From NCBI GenBank assembly GCA_003614675.1, contig ML002296.1, forward strand, positions 1 through 46,038: DNA of 46,038 nucleotides, in the 5' to 3' direction. The notes under the pieces are model-generated. The model did not search any database. It was not told the origin of the DNA and saw only the letters and a list, made by a program, of their open reading frames with translations. Positions 43,795 through 46,038 of this stretch are shown here, piece by piece (within the stretch, counting starts at the first letter, position 1; every line of letters starts with the position of its first letter). The position numbers and the translations under genes were made by a program. Origin of the DNA: Dimargaris cristalligena. Its lineage: Eukaryota.

Positions 43795-45936
43795 AGTAAA
43801 GTTAGTCCACCAGCCAGATTTTTTGATATATATAGTGGGGCTGAATTGGGCTCATAATTCAAAAGATAAAGTAACGCCAATGAGAGATCTTCCGTCAATA
43901 CAACACGGTCACAAAAATAGGAAAAATGGCTACTAGTTGGAGCGTAACTATAGACAGTATAAAATTACGATAAAAGCGCTATATACACGGCCATTTTACT
44001 ATTGTATTTAGAAGGGGAAAATTAAATACCCTCTGAATGATACGCATAATACTGATAGTTACCAGAATCCCATTTCAATAGGACTAATACAATGCGTAAA
44101 CAGTCCAGAAAATACCAAAATTACCTCCTTGACAGGCATATAGTATTCAGCCTGGTAGTATGGAAGGTAGTGTAGTACTTTCAACCAGCCAGTTCAATAC
44201 TTCCATTCTAAACGGACAAAAAGCCTCATCCAGAAATACTATGTTCTTCACGCAGCCACTATGGCATTATCATCAATATGGAACAGTCCAAATCAATCGC
44301 CTTACCATCTCTCTTTATTCCATTCTATGGTCAAAATGTACATTTATGTATTAACTTATCATAAAATCACCAAACAAAACGGCCAATATAAATATGGCAT
44401 ATTCTCACATCGAAAAGCAACTTTATATACAATGTTTTTATAAAAATAATAATTATAATACACATTTAATCTGCTCATTGGCAGGCACCACCTTGGTTAG
44501 TTATACTGTGGCTGGTGCAATTGGCAATCCCCTGTCCGCATCAGACAGGGGCTTGTCTCTTTCTGTAGTTGGGCAATCCCTCCCCAAGACAAAGGAGGGA
44601 TTACCCTTAACACACCCTTGGGTGTCGATAAGAAGTTTTGATTCCTGCATTGCTGCAGGGAGTGATCCGCCTAGTATGGGACAGGTCGCTCGATCGGTGA
44701 AAAATGGCTTTGATGTGGCCATTTGAAAGATACGGGGGTGTGGAAATTGGGAAGAGGTGGAATAAGGAAAGAGGTGCCGTTGTCAAAAGTGTGGCAAAGA
44801 GTGAGGGATGATTGTTGTGTTGGGGCATCCAGGAAATTAAAAATGATTTGTGGATATTTGGGGAGGACTTTAGTATGCTATTTATACACCACTTTTCCTG
44901 TGGTTTTATTAACCAAGTGCTGGATTGGGTGGCCCCCTGCCCGCACCAAGTAAGCTATAGTTCTAGTTCTAATTTATTGGCTTATTGGGGAGACAATGAC
45001 CTAGTTGCTAATGGGTATTAGGAGTGGGTCGAGGAGTTGTATTCATGTCCGCCCGTTCCCTTTGTTGATTCAGTTTTGTAGCATGGAAGTCAACAATATG
45101 CCATTCGGCATTATAACTATGTGCTGGGGTATAATTAAGCACAATTTATTGATACTACGGCCCTATCCCTCACTTATGGCGCCCGACCCTGGGATATGAC
45201 CATAGATGGGACTTCCTGACAGGCGTTTTTTTCTACAATACATGCTATTTGCGATGACTATTCCGTGAAGCACCCTACAATGTCAGGCCTATTTTTATAC
45301 AAAGGTAATTATCCCGGTGAAAAAAATTAGGCCTTATAGTGGAAAAGGCTGCATACCTTATTTAGGGAGATTTATCCCCGTCAGTCACTACGATATACCG
45401 GTGATGGATCCGGTTGTACTCTACCTGACTAGCTGAACTGCCGAACAAATGGTCGCAGGCTAGCCATACCATGGACAATGTCGAATGGCATGCTCCTAAT
45501 AGGAAGGATAAAGCCCTCGGACCTTAAGCAATGTGTTATAGTGGTAGACGGACAGGGAATTCTGATTATCACCCTAGTATAATTTCAGTAGATAATATAA
45601 ATTAAGCGAGTGTTGTTTATCCTTTTTTCGGATTTTGGCACCTGTGCTAGTTGGGAAGGGTATAGCAAGACTGAATGGTACATGGCCCAGTAGCCGTATC
45701 TTGCTTACACGGACTTACTAATATGCTGGTATCCTGTAATTAGTCTTCGCGCTATACTATTGTTGCCGGGATCCTTCCGAATACCACTCCCGCTGCTAGG
45801 CCGTAGGTATATCTTGACAGCTTTGTTTATTATAATATGAATACTCCTTCCCCTTTTCTTTGGCATTGGTTTCCCTGACCCCTGAGCCTCGGAGTGCTAA
45901 AGGGATATATGTTTAGTCAACAGTCAGTCAAATAGG
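43795..45936 (-). repeat. Dispersed ~2.1-kb element, copy B (inverted relative to copy A)
   Basis: See copy A. Lacks A's ~30145-30460 segment and the MITE; interrupted at ~45938 by MITE pieces. Confidence 0.92.
44501..44722 (-). CDS. 73-aa micro-ORF, copy B (with overlapping hairpin array ~44468-44692)
   Basis: MATSKPFF...GNPSFVLGRDCPTTERDKPLSDADRGLPIAPATV*; caaATGG context and upstream TATAAAT. Confidence 0.55.
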   Translation of the reverse strand: MATSKPFFTDRATCPILGGSLPAAMQESKLLIDTQGCVKGNPSFVLGRDCPTTERDKPLSDADRGLPIAPATV

Positions 45937-45937
45937 G

Positions 45938-46038
45938 TATGGGTGAAATTCCGCCCAGCCAGGTTAATTTTTAAATGATTTACATATGGCAGAAGTTCAT
46001 CCAGGCTGTATAACGAATAATCCATTTGATGAGGTAAA
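45938..46038. mobile_element. Two adjoining, oppositely oriented MITE-like fragments (possibly nested)
   Basis: 45938 TATGGGTGAAATTCCGCCCAGC matches the 32210 end; 45984 ATATGGCAGAAGTTCATCCAGGCTGTATAA matches the 10080 end. Confidence 0.65.

Noticed and set aside
1-46038. CRISPR array, rRNA, Fanzor/TnpB or intact transposase
   Set aside because: No regularly spaced repeats, rRNA motifs, or RuvC/DDE/RT-containing ORF seen.

Overview
Eukaryotic, intron-containing (GT-AG) DNA, most likely from an early-diverging fungus; this is inferred from gene content and intron style, not proven. Recognisable genes are the first exon of a probable RPN7, a 4-exon DH-PH RhoGEF reconstructed by hand, a secreted basic orphan protein, FCP1, a TFIIB-family factor, TYW1, a secreted 3D/MltA-like protein, a TrhO/YceA-like rhodanese, head-to-head HSP60/HSP10, a PUF60-like splicing factor with an apparent frameshift, and the V-ATPase c'' subunit. 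Repeats are a decayed LINE fossil, a ~144-bp MITE-like family (5 pieces) and two inverted, diverged copies of a 2.1-2.6 kb element. Two leads stand out. (1) The TFIIB-family protein resembles animal BRF2, including an LPPC redox-pin-like motif and a TBP-anchor-like tail. (2) Both copies of the 2.1-2.6 kb element carry a TATA-preceded 73-aa micro-ORF tiled by hairpins with a conserved GNRA loop and compensatory or wobble changes. All homology calls are from reading and memory; no searches were run.
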